Assembly (NCBI GenBank): GCA_002189035.1
Contig: NEEC01000007.1
Coordinates: 558,001-622,000, forward strand
Direction: 5' to 3'
DNA: 64,000 nucleotides
Origin: Utricularia gibba
Taxonomy: Eukaryota; Plantae; Magnoliophyta
Shown: piece by piece, positions 30,001 to 43,458 of the stretch
Position numbering within the stretch: the stretch's first letter is position 1
How the letters are laid out: each line of letters begins with the position of its first letter
Translations under genes and position numbers: made by a program
The notes under the pieces: generated by a model
What the model saw: only the letters and a program-made list of their open reading frames with translations
What the model was told of the DNA's origin: nothing
Databases searched by the model: none

Positions 30001-30573
30001 AAAAAGCTTATTCATTTACAGAACCTACAGACGTAAGCTTTTTCTCAAAAAACTAGGAAGATGAAGATGGAGCAAGCCAAAAGCTCAGTTTTGCTTTTGC
30101 TTGTAGAAATTCCTTTTGTTTTACTTGGAAAGTGCTGCCCGAAAAATCTTCTACAACTCAACTAACTTTTCAGGAACTGGAAAAAGGTGGGTTTTTTCGG
30201 GTTGGACTTTCCGGCTGGCCGGAAATTGGTGCTGATCAATAATCTGCATTTCCCCATAAGTTTCTGTGGAGAAAATTTTGATTTTGGATATGGGGTTTTT
30301 GAGTGGTGGATGATGTCTGAAGATGCTTATTTGCGCCTTTTGCACATTTTTTCATAAAACAAAAACCACCCAAAATAAAATAAATCTTTAGCATCTTTCT
30401 TCTGATCAGTCTTCTGAATCTCAAAGTTTAGTATGAAGAAGAGTGATCAGGGGTTCAAGTCACTGTCTTGATGAGGTTTTTCCTCTATGAAAATTTTTGT
30501 GGTTTTTGCTAATTTTATGGCATTTAATCTAAGCAGATTACAATACTGAAGCTTCAGCGAGGAGTAGGAGAAT

Positions 30574-33544
30574 ATGTTTCAGCCCAACATGTTTGATGCC
30601 CACCATCACTTGCTGGAAATGCCTCACAAACCCCAGGAAAACGATCTTGATATCATCCGGGACGACGAATATGAGAGCAAATCAGGAACTGATATCATGG
30701 AAGCTCCATCGGGTGATGATCAAGATCCGAACCGGAGGTCGAAGAAGAAGCGATATCATCGACATACGCAGCACCAGATCCAAGAAATGGAAGCGTATGA
30801 ATGATCAGTTCAATATTTTACTTGCACTGTTGAATTGTTTATAGAAGAAATAGTGACAAGGATGCTTTTGTCGTCCAGGTTTTTCAATGAGTGCCCTCAT
30901 CCTGATGATAAGCAAAGGAAGGAACTTGGAAGAAGATTAGGATTGGAGCCTCTACAAGTCAAGTTTTGGTTTCAGAATAAACGCACACAAATGAAGGTGA
31001 AGTTCTCAATCAAGTTTTTCTGGTTTACTAGCTAGTTTATGTCGGAATACCAGTTCCGGTGGGTGGGGAACTACGTAGATACAGTTCATAAGACACCCTT
31101 TTTTTCCAATCTTTCTGTGCTTATAAACGCAATGTGGGGCAAGGGACTCAACAGTTCTCATTCTTTCAGGCTCAGCATGAGCGCCATGAGAATTCTCAAC
31201 TAAGAGCGGAGAACGAGAAGCTGCGAGCTGAGAACATACGGTATAAAGATGCATTGAGCAATGCGACATGTCCGAACTGTGGAGGACCAGCTGCAATTGG
31301 TGAGATGTCCTTCGACGAGCAGCATCTTCGTATGGAAAACGCGCATTTGAGAGAAGAGGTATGCCTCAAACATTCAGATATATGTAATAGCCATGGAAAA
31401 TACAGGCTCTTGATCCATGTATTGGTGGTTCACAGATTGATAGGATATCTGGGATAGCAGCGAAGTGTGTTGGGAAGCCGATGCTTTCATATCCGCATCT
31501 CCCAGCTGGAGCCACACGCTCTCTTGATCTTGGAGTCAGCAGCTTCGGTCCTCAAACAAGCTTCACAGGGGAAATCCATGGTGCTGCAAGTGACCTTCTT
31601 CGTCCAGTTTCCCGATACACTGAGGCAGATAAGCCGGTCATCATTGAGTTGGCTGTTGCTGCTATGGAGGAGCTGATACGAGTGGCACAGAGTGGTGAGC
31701 CACTCTGGATTCCCGGGCCGGATGGTTTATCTGAGACGCTGTGTGAGGAGGAATATGTTAGAAATTTTCCTCGTGGAATCGGACCGAAGCCGCTTGGATT
31801 GAAGTCTGAAGCTTCCAGGGAATCAGCAGTTGTGATAATGAATCATGTCAGCCTTGTGGAGATCTTGATGGATGTGGTACGAAAACTCGGATCCCCTGAT
31901 ACTTTAGTAGACATTCTACTGCATCGACATGAAACTTGTCTCTGTTGTTGCAGAATCAATGGTCAAGTGTGTTTTCCACCATTGTTTCTAAAGCAGCAAC
32001 TGCGGAGGTTCTTTCAACTGGAGTTGCAGGAAACCATAATGGAGCTCTGCAAGTGGTAAATCATGTTGATGTCTGTCGATTCTTCAGAGATGTAGAACTC
32101 GAGTTGATCTTTTTAACATTATGCTTCACAATTCTGCAGATGACTTCAGAGTTTCAGGTGCCTTCACCGCTAGTTCCCACTCGAGAAAACTGCTTCATAA
32201 GGTACTGCAAGCAGCATGCTGATGGAACTTGGGCTGTCGTTGATGTTTCTGTTGACAATCTCCGATCAAATTCCATTCCGAGTTACCGGAGACGACCCTC
32301 CGGTTGCCTGATCCGTGAACTTCCCAATGGCTACTCCAAGGTACAGAGTCTTGTCTTGAAGGAAAAAAAGACCAAGTAACTGATTCTAATGCTCTTGATT
32401 GACTTCAGGTCACTTGGGTAGAACATGTTGAGGTAGATGACAGAGGCGTTCACAGTATCTACAAGCTTCTAGTGAACTCCGGCCTGGCTTTTGGAGCAAA
32501 GCGGTGGGTGGCGACACTGGATCGCCTGTGTGAGCGCCTCGCCAGTGTCATGGCAAACAACATTTCCCCTGGAGAGATCGGAGGTAACCAAAGCGTTTTT
32601 TTATGCACTGGATACAAGATCTTGTGGCGTCGCTGACGTAGCTGCTCGTTGGCTACAGTGATATCTTCCCTGAGGGGAAGAAGAGCATGCTGAAGCTGGC
32701 AGAGAGAATGGTGGCGAGCTTTTGCAACGGCGTCGGTGCCTCCACGGCTCACACATGGACTACACTTTCCGGCAGCGGGGCTGATGATGTCCGTGTTATG
32801 ACACGGAAGAGCATGGACGATCCCGGCCGGCCTCCGGGGGTTGTTCTCAGTGCTGCAACTTCATTCTGGCTTCCTGTTCCTCCTAAAAGAGTGTTCGATT
32901 CCCTCAGAGACGAGAACTCAAGAAGCGAGGTCCCAAACGTGGCTGATTCTTCTTTATTCTACAGAGACCCAAGGAACTCACGCCCTTTCTTGTTCTCCTT
33001 TTTCAGTGGGACATTCTGTCGAACGGTGGCCTCGTCCAAGAAATGGCGCACATCGCGAACGGCCGGGATCCCGGGAACGCCGTCTCCCTTCTCCGCGTCA
33101 ACGTAAGCAATCTTTCCTCACGATCTCATCAATCATCATCCCTATCGAGGGAACTGAAAAATTCCTTGATCAAATGCAGAGTGCTAACTCAAGCCAGAGC
33201 AACATGCTGATACTGCAAGAGAGCAGCACCGATTCAACCGGATCCTACGTAGTCTACGCCCCCGTCGACATCGACGCCATGAACATGGTTCTAAGCGGAG
33301 GCGACCCCGACTACGTCGCCCTCCTCCCTCCGGTTTCGCAATACTCCCCGACGGCCCTAACGGTCCCGCCGGCGGCAACCCCGACGTCGGCTCCGGCGGC
33401 TCGCTACTCACCGTCGCATTCCAGATACTCGTCGACTCCGTCCCGACGGCCAAGCTCTCTCTGGGCTCAATCGCCACCGTCAACAACCTCATCAAATGCA
33501 CCGTAGAGAGGATCAAAGGCGCCGTCCTTCGCGATGGGGCGTAG
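30574..33544 (+). CDS. PDF2: HD-ZIP class IV transcription factor, PDF2/ATML1 clade
   Basis: [14 protein letters not shown]; homeodomain [20 protein letters not shown]...[13 protein letters not shown]; ZLZ CPNCGGP; START domain ([26 protein letters not shown]); SAD end [11 protein letters not shown]...VERIK. Two 1-nt deletions (32668-32670, 33326-33328). PDF2 versus ATML1 cannot be separated by eye. Confidence 0.93.
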
Positions 33545-33608
33545 CCAACCTGAAGAAGAAGAAGAAGAATCCAAAGGAGAGAAGTCAAGAGCGAACCTCT
33601 CGAGTGGA

Positions 33609-33660
33609 TATCCTTGCAGCGTGGTGTTCGCCGGAAGGCCTTCACCACGCCGCAAGGGTA
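33609..33660 (+). other. Long inverted repeat/RNA hairpin in the HD-ZIP IV 3' UTR
   Basis: TATCCTTGCAGCGTGGTG (33609-33626) pairs with CACCACGCCGCAAGGGTA (33643-33660): 18 positions with one A-C mismatch and one G-U pair, and a 16-nt loop. Confidence 0.75.
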
Positions 33661-33676
33661 ATATAGTAATTTAATA

Positions 33677-33692
33677 GGTTCGGGCATTGACT
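33677..33692 (+). promoter_or_regulatory. Conserved HD-ZIP IV 3' UTR motif
   Basis: GGTTCGGGCATTGACT matches, from recall, the GGTTCGGGNATTGAC-type element described in 3' UTRs of plant HD-ZIP IV genes. Confidence 0.65.
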
Positions 33693-34232
33693 CTACTTCT
33701 TGCCACCAAACTCAATTGTATTCTACTCGTTTTGATTTATGATTCTTTAGCATCTTTGTCTCCATGTGAAATGTCCATAGTGCCCTTCAAGCTTCACTTA
33801 TTTGTTGACTTTTTTTTTAATTTTAGATATCAGTTAAAAAATTTTATTTTTAAATTATTTTTATTTAATTTTTAGTTGGAAATTTTAATTTAAAAATATA
33901 TTAGTACTTTTTTATTTATGGGATTATTATTCTGTTCAGAACCCGTACGGTGTTTAATGTAATCTAAGAATCCCCAAATTCCCTGGGCTTTTGCTCCCTC
34001 GGAAAACCGCGCACCGTTTCTTGGATGCATCGTAGCGAGGTGCGTCTTGAGCTCTAATCCGCGCATTGTTTTTTGTTTACAGCGTATTTTTGGTGGGGAT
34101 GCGCTTCGCCTTTTGATCCGTGCATTTTTTTATTTTTTTTTTTATTTTGGGATTGGCATTTCTTGTACGTGGAGCTTGAGAATTTGGTGACTTTGTGGCA
34201 ATCGGAGGTTGTGGGATTGTGTGTTTGCAAGG

Positions 34233-37200
34233 ATGAGTGTGGTGGGGTTGGACATTGGGAACGATAACTGTGTAATAGCAGTTGCTAAAAAACGCGGTGT
34301 TGATGTGTTGCTGAATGATGAGTCGAAACGGGAAACACCGTCAGTGGTTTCATTTGGTGAAAAGCAAAGGTTTATGGGCTCTACTGGGGCTGCCTCGGCA
34401 CTTCTGCATCCTAAGTCTACTATATCTCAGATCAAGAGGTTGATTGGTCGGTCCTTTGAATGCCCTTTAGTGACACAGGAACTTAGTCTGCTCCCATTTG
34501 AAACATCTCAGGCACCTGATGGAGGTATTCAAATCCATCTTCGTTACTTGGAGGAGAACTTTACGTTTACTCCAGTTCAGATTTTGGCTATGTTATTTGG
34601 ACATTTGAAACAGATAACCGAGAGGAATCTTGAGATGCAGATTGCTGACTGTGTGTTGGGGATACCATCGTACTTTACAGATGCACAAAGACGTGCCTAT
34701 TTGTATGCTGCTGAGATTGCAGGATTGAAGCCCTTGAGATTGATGCATGATTGCACAGCTATTGCACTAGGTTATGCCATTTACAAGACGGAGTACCCAC
34801 ATGGGGATTCAGTTAATGCTGTGTTTGTGGATGTTGGTCACTGTGATACGCAAGTTGCTGTTGTGTCCTTTAACCGCAGGCGTATGAAAGTATTATCTCA
34901 TGCTTCTGACAGCAATTTAGGTGGCAGAGACTTCGATGAAGTTTTATTCAATTATTTTGCTTCGCGATTCAGGGAGCAGTACAAAATTGATGTGTATTCA
35001 AGTATCCGGGCTTCTACAAGGCTGAGAGCGTCATGTGAAAAACTGAAGAAAGTGTTGAGTGCTAATACAGAGGCACCACTTAATATAGAGTGCTTAATGG
35101 AAGAGAAGGATGTCAAAGGATTCATCACGAGAGATGATTTTGAAAATTTATCTTCTGGACTGGTAGAAAGAATTGGTAATACATGTCTCCAGGCTTTGCA
35201 TGACTCTGGCCTGACTCTTGATAAGATTCATACCATAGAGTTAGTCGGTTCCGGTTCTCGAGTTCCTGCTGTTACAAAAATGTTGAATTTCCTGTTTAAA
35301 AAAGAGCCTAGCCGGACACTGAATGCCAGTGAGTGTGTAGCTCGTGGCTGTGCTCTTCAATGTGCGATGCTTAGCCCTTATACCGGGCACGTGAATATGA
35401 GGTTTCTCTCCACATTTTTCTTCTTTATTTTTCTTTTAAAAATTTAAGCTCTACAACTCAAAAAAGACAAAAGGATGTTATTTTAATCCTACTCTAACGT
35501 GCATGATTGAAAGTTACTTCTCACTTTCAGGTAGAGGACCGCTTCCCATTTACAATTGCATTTACATCAGAAGATGGAACAGTATCCTCCGATGGAGGGC
35601 AATCTCTGTTTGCCAAAGGCAGTTCTTTTCCGAGTATCAAAGTGATTCAATTGCAAAGGAATGATGTATTTCACACGGAAATCTTTTGTTCAAATCCGAA
35701 TGAGATTCCATCTGGCGTCTCTCAAAAAATCAGCTCTTTGAAGGTTTAGGTGTCATTATTTTGTCCAACCGCTTACTGTAGTTTATTTTATTCTTTGAAT
35801 AGTTCAGAAAAAAATGAGTATTGTGTAAGTTACTCCAAGCAGCAACCAAAGATCTGCACACACCAGGGCCTATTGATTTTGTCATTTTTTTTGTATTTTG
35901 ATATCTGCATCCCAGTTCTGATTTTTCTGTTCCTCCACAAATTCTTGAATGTGGAATACTTTTTACAGTGACCTCAATTGAAAAGCACCCTTTTCAGATT
36001 GGACCATTCAGAGTTTCTCATGACAAGAAGGTCAAGATTAAAATAAAGGTTCAACTAAATCTTCATGGAATTGTTACTGTAGATTCAGCAACTGTAAGTT
36101 CTGCTTTGTTTTATTACACAATCTAGAGTTGTTGCCCTTGTAATACCATCTGTATTTTTTCCTCCTATTGTATCAGCTGTTGGATGATGATTTAGACGAT
36201 TCTTCAGTGTCCAACAGTGACACACATTCAGAAAATTTTGAGCCAAGCAACCAAGAATCGTTTGGCAAAGCATATTCAGTAAGCGCAAATAAATGGGAAC
36301 GATTCATTTTCTAAAACTATGAATATTTATTTCCATGAGTTGAAACCAACACCTTTCAATGTGCATTACTCAACCTTCAGGGGTAGGAATGCCTATCTTC
36401 TTATTTGTTCCGCAAGATCACTTTTTTACTTCAGTTTTCCTGAAAAGATTAAATTGCTAATCGATATGAACATAGTCTTGTATGGTGATCTTCCATGTTG
36501 ACAAAATCCTTCTCAGGGTCATGAAATGAGAAGGCTGAAGGCCGTACGGAGACAGGATATATTGATTGATGAAAATCAATTCAGTGGGATGACACCAGAT
36601 GAATTATTCCAGGCTCGTGAAAAAGAGCTTCAGCTTTCCCAGCAGGATGTGAGGATGGAGAGGACCAAAGAGAAGAAAAACGCAGTAGAGGCTTATGTAT
36701 ATGAAACACGAAATAAGGTGTATGTCTATGCTGTGTTGCATTTCCTGCTCTAGTTATGCGAAGTGCAATATGATTTGGGACGTTCACCGAAGTTTTGTGC
36801 TCGAAGTGGTGCAAAATGCTAGATTTCTTTTCATCTGTAATCTCCCCCTGGGTTGATTTTCATAATCTGCGGGAATATGGGGTTGGGCGGTTTTTCTTTT
36901 TTTTTTTGGCCAATATATGTACAACCTACTCATGTTTTTATGATGCTACTCTTTCTGCAGCTACTGGATAGATACCGAAGCTTTGCCTCCACTGCAGAAA
37001 TAGAAGGAATATCTGGATATTTGCAGCAAACAGAGGAATGGCTTTATGATGAGGGAGAAGATGAATCTGAAACTACATACGCCAAAAGATTGGAGGAATT
37101 AAAAAAGGTTGTTAACCATGCTCATTTTCTTCTCAAGTTCACTATGCCAAGTTCATTCATTTTTCTTCATGCATATTAGTTGGTTGATCCCATTGAAACC

Positions 37201-37732
37201 CGATATAACGAAGAAAAGGCGAGGGAAACGGCGATCAGAAATCTTCTAGATGTCATCACAAAGTGTCAAACTGCCGCACGGACACTGTCTCCTGCTGAAA
37301 GAGAAACAGTACAGCTCACTTCTGCCATGAATCTTTCTTCTACACTGCTGCTTTATATATGAAATGATTTTCATATAATACATATGTGATTGCTTGCACT
37401 TTGTTTTTGGAAGATAAGAAAAGAATGCAAAAATGTGGAAGAGTGGCTTGATAATCAAAAGCGACTTCAGGATCCACTCCCCAAGAACGTAGATCCACTA
37501 ATTTGGTCTGATGAAATCATGAGGAGAGCTCAAGCGCTTGATGAGTATGTACACCAACGAAGATGATGCTTATGCTTATTTATTATGTTTCCTCCGACAC
37601 TTTCATGTGGATGTAACAAAAGAAACCTTTTCCAGGATCTTCAAACGCATCACCAGGTCTAAACGTTCACCTTCTGATCCAGAAGGTCCCATAGGTTCAG
37701 AGTCAAGCTGCAAGGATGATCAGATGGACTGA
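34233..37732 (+). CDS. HSP70-16: Hsp110/SSE-subfamily chaperone, HSP70-16-like
   Basis: MSVVGLDIGNDNCVIAVAKKRGVDVLLNDESKRETP; LRLMHDCTAIALGY; LGGRDFDE; ELVGSGSRVP; RTLNASECVARGCALQCAMLSP; KKNAVEAYVYETRNK; EEWLYDEGEDE. One 1-nt deletion at 35375-35377. Confidence 0.92.
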
Positions 37733-38431
37733 TGCAAATTCAATCGATGTGCAGTTGCTAGATGATGCAAATATATGGTTATTGATTTCCATTTGTTGCT
37801 ACGAGGTGAGAAGCTATTTGAAGGGCAGCAAAACAGAGATTGGTCTCGCAGTTGCGGTATGGTCCCATATCCCCCTCCCTCTCCCTTTCAGTTTACACCA
37901 ATTTTGGCTTCGTATGTATTCCCCGAGCCGTCCAAACCCCTTTTTGATGTCGTGACATTCACAACACTTAGTTTGCTTCCTGTATCTTTCATTGAATTAG
38001 AAGAACAAGTTATTTCAAACTTTCAGATGTCCTCATTTCGATTGACGACTGTTGGATTTCACTTGTTTGTGCCACCCGAGTAGGTTCACACCTGTTAGTT
38101 GGGAAGTTATGTAGCTAAGAACTTGATGCACGAGCCTGTGAAAAAGAGTTGAACACAGCAGGGGACTGGCACTCAAAGTTGACAAACAGAATACAGGGGT
38201 GGAATATATGCACAGCTGCCTTTTACCAACAGAAAAAAAAGAAAAAAAAACATGCTTCCTCTCATCATCTTGAAGCTTCTTTAACAAAAATTCTCGTCAT
38301 GCGGCCAAACACCAATTGCAAATGCCTGGAGGCTGAGCTTCCCCGGCTTAAATTTTCCTTGTAATCATCGACTAATGCCGAGAAAACATCGACTTTCATT
38401 TCTTCCAAAGAACAAGCACTTTCACTGAAAT

Positions 38432-41069
38432 CTACATTAGAATCAGCGCAGCAGCGGCTGCCATCACCAAACACAGCAATGAATTCAAGAATGTAGCCTG
38501 AAAGCCTGGAATAACAAGGAAATGCAACCTCACATGAGCAACCAACTTGTTATAAGCAGCAAGCAAGGCTTTGTGTGTGTGTTCAGTGGTTCAAACTAGA
38601 GGTGTGTGGGTGAGTGTTCATGGGAATTCAGAGATTGTTGCCATGAGTAGCAAGCAATTTGAAGGCAAACTTACAGAAAGCCTGGAATAACAAGGAAATG
38701 CAACCTCACATGAGCAACCAACTTGTTATAAGCAGCAAGCAAGGCTTTGTGTGTGTGTTCAGTGGTTCAAACTAGAGGTGTGTGGGTGAATGTTTCATGG
38801 GAATTCAGAGATTGTTGCCATGAGTGGAAGGCAATTTCAAGGCAAACTTACTGCTCATCCCTGAGGCTGCAGCTGGAAGTGCTGGAATATTCACCGCTGC
38901 AGCAGCATCGACAAATTTTAGCTAGTGAAGAACAAAGCTCTGAAACAAAAAGAGAACGGTGCTGTGTATTTACATACATTTGTTGCATGAAACAGGGAGC
39001 TGAGAGGTGGCAGGCCAAGGAGCCGGAATGTTATCATTCAGATCACACAGAAAGCTGACTCCGGTGGACTTGTCGAACACTACATCGGATGGCAAGCTAG
39101 GCAAAAGGCAGCCGGATTCTATATTTACAAAGAGAGATGTGTGCATACAGATTTAGTGCGTGTAATGAGACCAACTGAAGTAAGAATTTTATCAGAAGCA
39201 GGAGTATTTTTCGAGTTACCTTGACTACCAACTGGTGATGTCAAACATGGTCCAAGCACATGTCAAATGGTAGCAGCATCATCAGTGGGTTTAAATTGAA
39301 CTGGCATCGAAACGAAAACAACATTTAAATATGAAACCAACCTTGAAGGGAGAAGTCCTTGAGACTGATATGGCATTGGCTGTACACATCATTTGTAATA
39401 TTTGCCTTCCTTAGCTTTACTCCAAGTGATGTAGCACAATTTAAAGCTTGCAAGTTTGTGACAAAACTCTGCCTCTGCAAGTGAGACACGTAGCTTTCGA
39501 GAGAGCTGCAACATGCTGTTTGGTTACTTCCAGGTCTGCATCCTTGTATAACATGGTGGACGCTTGGAAGATTCAAAGGACACACTGAAGAAGCAAAAAA
39601 CGGATAGTTAATGTTCAGTTTATACACCTCCAGAGTCAAACAGAAGATAATATCATTCGAGTTCGAAGACACAAAACACAGCCTTTCATTCATAAGCATA
39701 TATGAACTACCAATCGTTTGGTTGTGGTTGATCCTAAGGAAAAGACAGATATAAGACTTCAAATCCCCTTGTGAATGATCACACTGGACGGGAAAAAAAT
39801 ATTTAGATGCCACTTACCTTTATTGATTCTGCAGTTTGATAATCCTCGAAGAACATCCTTTGCACGAGAAGGCTCGAGTTTGCTCCCAAGCCATCGGAGA
39901 ACTATGGACTTGCAGTCATTAATCCGAGATGAATGATCAGAAAGCACATGAGAACTATCAACACTCAGAAGATTATAATCCTTTTTTGCAAGCTTCTGAG
40001 CAGCATCTAGAATGGCATTCTGGCACACTTGCTCACAACATTCATTCACTGAGTCAATCTTTCCACAGGCTGCAAGGAGACTGGAAGAATCAATGGTGCT
40101 CTCAAATTCAGAAGTGTCGCTAACAGGGCAAGAACCCGCTGTAAGGTTTGATGAGTGAATGGAGCATATCTTCGATAGGCTATCGTTGGCTCCCTGGCCG
40201 ACGAGAATTTGTTCGAAATCCGAGAGGCATAATGTAGCAACAGTCCCATTTAGAGCAAGTGAATTTGTATATCTACTTGACTGACCAAGAAGTGCAACCA
40301 ATGTAGCCTCCACTTGTGGACAGCAAACTACGTTTGCTAGCAGAGGTGCAAAGACAGCCATGCAATCTATTGATGTCAAGGACATCATGTCTGACAAGGA
40401 AGTGAAGTTGAGCACACATTGCCCTGTAAAGAATTGGAAACTCAAATACTATATGAAAAAGGCTAACAAAGTTTGCATAATTCAAAAGCATTGAACACAA
40501 AACGAACCAGATAATTTCGGACTTGTCATATTGGTGAATGGAGTCAAAGGAGATGGTGCCAGAAGAGGAAGAAACGGCATTGGTGCTGTGCTGGGAGAAA
40601 TTTCAGGGAGAAGTTCATCTGCATTTCTAGTCGATAGCACAGGACTCTCATGATAACCCGAAACCACGCCACAAAATTGTAGTGAACCTGCGTCAAACAC
40701 CAAGAAGTTATAGCATATATTGCAAGATCACTTATAAATGAAAAGCTTGGATCACTGATATAACCAGAAAGAGGGCTAATCACATGACCTAATTTGAAAC
40801 CCTAATACCTACAACAGCACGAATACAAACCACATTGCCGATCACAGGCGACCCACTCATGAAACATCATATAATCCTCAAGGGTAAACCTTCATCGAAG
40901 CGACATTCTACTTAGATCATGAAATGAAATAGATAGGGGGCGGTGAAGGATCGGAATTTGCACCAATTAACCACGACACGCCTAAAACTCGAGCGCTTAA
41001 CATTAATTTCATCAACATGCTCAAACCCAGCAAGATCCTTGCAAAAATAAGCGGACATTTTGCCCCCAT
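38432..41069 (-). CDS. Uncharacterised Cys-rich GPI-anchored protein (At1g61900-like), multi-exon
   Basis: PFLPLLAPSP; VFAPLLANVVCCPQ; SNLTAGSCPV; ECCEQVCQNAI; CCSSLESY; GCLLPSLPSDVVFD; FLCDLNDNIPAPWP; hydrophobic C-terminus LNSLLCLVMAAAAALILM*. Start codon and first exon (41069) are tentative. Confidence 0.82.
38500..38851. repeat. Tandem duplication (2 x ~176 bp) of the last intron of the GPI-protein gene
   Basis: Copy 1 starts GAAAGCCTGGAATAACAAGG at 38500 and copy 2 at 38676; both end GGCAAACTTAC. A few substitutions and one indel separate the copies. Confidence 0.95.
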
Positions 41070-43458
41070 CACCACAAAATCCTCAAGCAAAACCCACAAA
41101 CAACCTCGAGTTAAGCTAAGATGCAAAGAAAAAACTCACAAAACAGCGGCACAAGCGCTATTAGAGCCCAAAAATGAAAACCCATCTCGCTGTCTGTCCA
41201 GTTTCTCTACAGCAAAGTGACCAACGGAAGCCCCCCAAAGAAAACGGCTACAAAAGCAGCAGCAGCAGTAGCAAATAAAAGCGTATAGGTGAAGGAATCA
41301 GAGGTGGAGGTGGACCAACGAAGAAACAAAATAAAAGGGCTTGAAGAAGACGAAGAACTTGAAGGGAGTTAAGAGAGGAGTGTGGGTAGAGATGGAGGAG
41401 GCTGGGCAGCCATGAATGAGTTGCTCAAGGGTGGGGGACACATGCAGTAATCACCGATAGCTGTACAAATATAGCGAAAGACCCCACCATGAAACCAAAA
41501 AGTTATGGACGATGCAAATGAAAAAGGAAAAGGATGAAGCCCGTTGGTTGATGAAATGAAGATAAGCGTTCACAGAAGCAAATGGGTTCACCAACCCACC
41601 ATTAATGCCTGGCTTGCTTTTCTTCAAGCTTCATTTCTTCTTCCCGATGTTTCTCCCTTCATGTACAGCAACAGGCAAAGCACGTGACCACCGCCCCCCT
41701 TCTCTCTCTCACACCCCTTCACGCTGCCACTCGTCGTCCCACCCACCACCATTCACACCTTACATGCTTCTCCCTAAATTGCCACCCCACTCTTCAACTC
41801 CGTCTGTGTTACTGCAACCAAACCCGATTACTCCACGGAGCTCCGACCCGGATCCGAGTTCCGACATCAACACGATTAATAATTTCATATTTATATTAGA
41901 ATTCCGGAAATTATAACATTCAAATAGAGTACACCCATTTCCTCATTGATTTATTTAGGTTAAGATGCATATCATTATTGCACGATTTTATTCATTTTAA
42001 ATATCTAATTTTTATGATTTTAAATTCATTATATGTTGAAATGTAAATATATTTTATAAATACAGTATATATTTCTATTTTTGTTCGATGTCATGCCCCG
42101 AGACTCAAAAATAAAACTTTGCAAAAATTATTACCAAAATCAAACACTCTAAATATTGTAAATAACACACGTGGCACGGAATCATGGGATTGCTGTTTTG
42201 AGCATCCATACCGTATATAAATAGAAAGCCCACGGCCCCAAACTCCCAAGAGACAAAAACCAATTTCAAACATCTAAATATTTTTAATTAATTTTTTCCT
42301 TTTTTAAACTATAAAACTACAAAATTAAATGAATAATTTTATTTTTTTTCCCATTTTTAACTAATCCTTGGCTTTCGAGGCAACCTATTTTTAGAACACT
42401 AAACAAAGGATTAGACTACTATTTATATCTTTCAAGCCAGAATTAGCTGTCTTTTTTTTTCTTTTCTTTATTTCCATTAAAAACCAAAACAAAAATCTAG
42501 AATTTGTGGACATGAGTCGTCGTTTGCGGTGGGCCCCACTTTGGCGTATATTATTAATATTTTTTAAAAATGACTAAATAGTCTTTGTCAACGATAATGC
42601 CTTTTCATTTAATTTGCACTTGCCCTCCATTTCCATGGGTTGGGATAAAAAGAAGCACCTTTTTACGCTAATGGGGGGGATGCATCTATTCTCTTCAATA
42701 ATTAGACAGATGGGACTTCCTCCTTTAAATCCATCAATATATCTATTATTTTTTCAAAAAATAATATTGTGTTGTAATAAAAAAACATGGGTGTATCTTT
42801 GATTAATCAGTGTTCATGATTGAAAATGTTGGTATTCGTAATATATTAATCAGGTTTTGTTGCATTTTGGGGATGAATGTCACTACTTCAATTATTGAGA
42901 TTCCTCCCACTCGGAGATTCCAACAAATCAAATTTGTATACAAAAGGGTCCTTCAAAGTGTGAAGATGGGGTTCGTGAAAAGACATTACCGATAACTTGG
43001 GAGTTTTGTGATGGGAGGTTATACTAGATTTTTGACAGTTATATGTATATTTTCACTGTATGACAAATTTAGCCAATGTAAAAATATGTTGTTGAAGTTC
43101 TTTGAGAGAGTAAAGGAAGATGATCATTTTTTTGTAAAAGACCATGAAATGGGAACCATGTAAACTTGTTACATTTTTTTACCACACACGTTGGTTGAAT
43201 GATAAAGTTGGATCAAAGGGGTGTCCTAAATGGAGGGGGGATTCACCCCACGGTGGGCTCGTCCATCGGAAGTCTGGGTGACTCGTGTGGTGGGATTCAC
43301 TGCCCACGATCACGGGGTAAAACTTGCAACCAGAGGAAGAGAAGAGGTTTGTGTACAGGCGGCGGCATCTTTCGCACGGATTTGGTGATGTTGTGCTACT
43401 GCGATCAGGGTGTGCGGGAGATGGGTGGGTTGGTTATTTGGGGCAGACGGATGGGAGG

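Noticed and set aside
12204-37732. Heat/chaperone gene cluster (HSA32, ERdj7, HSP70-16)
   Set aside because: The genes are 8-12 kb apart with unrelated genes between them, act in different compartments, and share no clear HSE.
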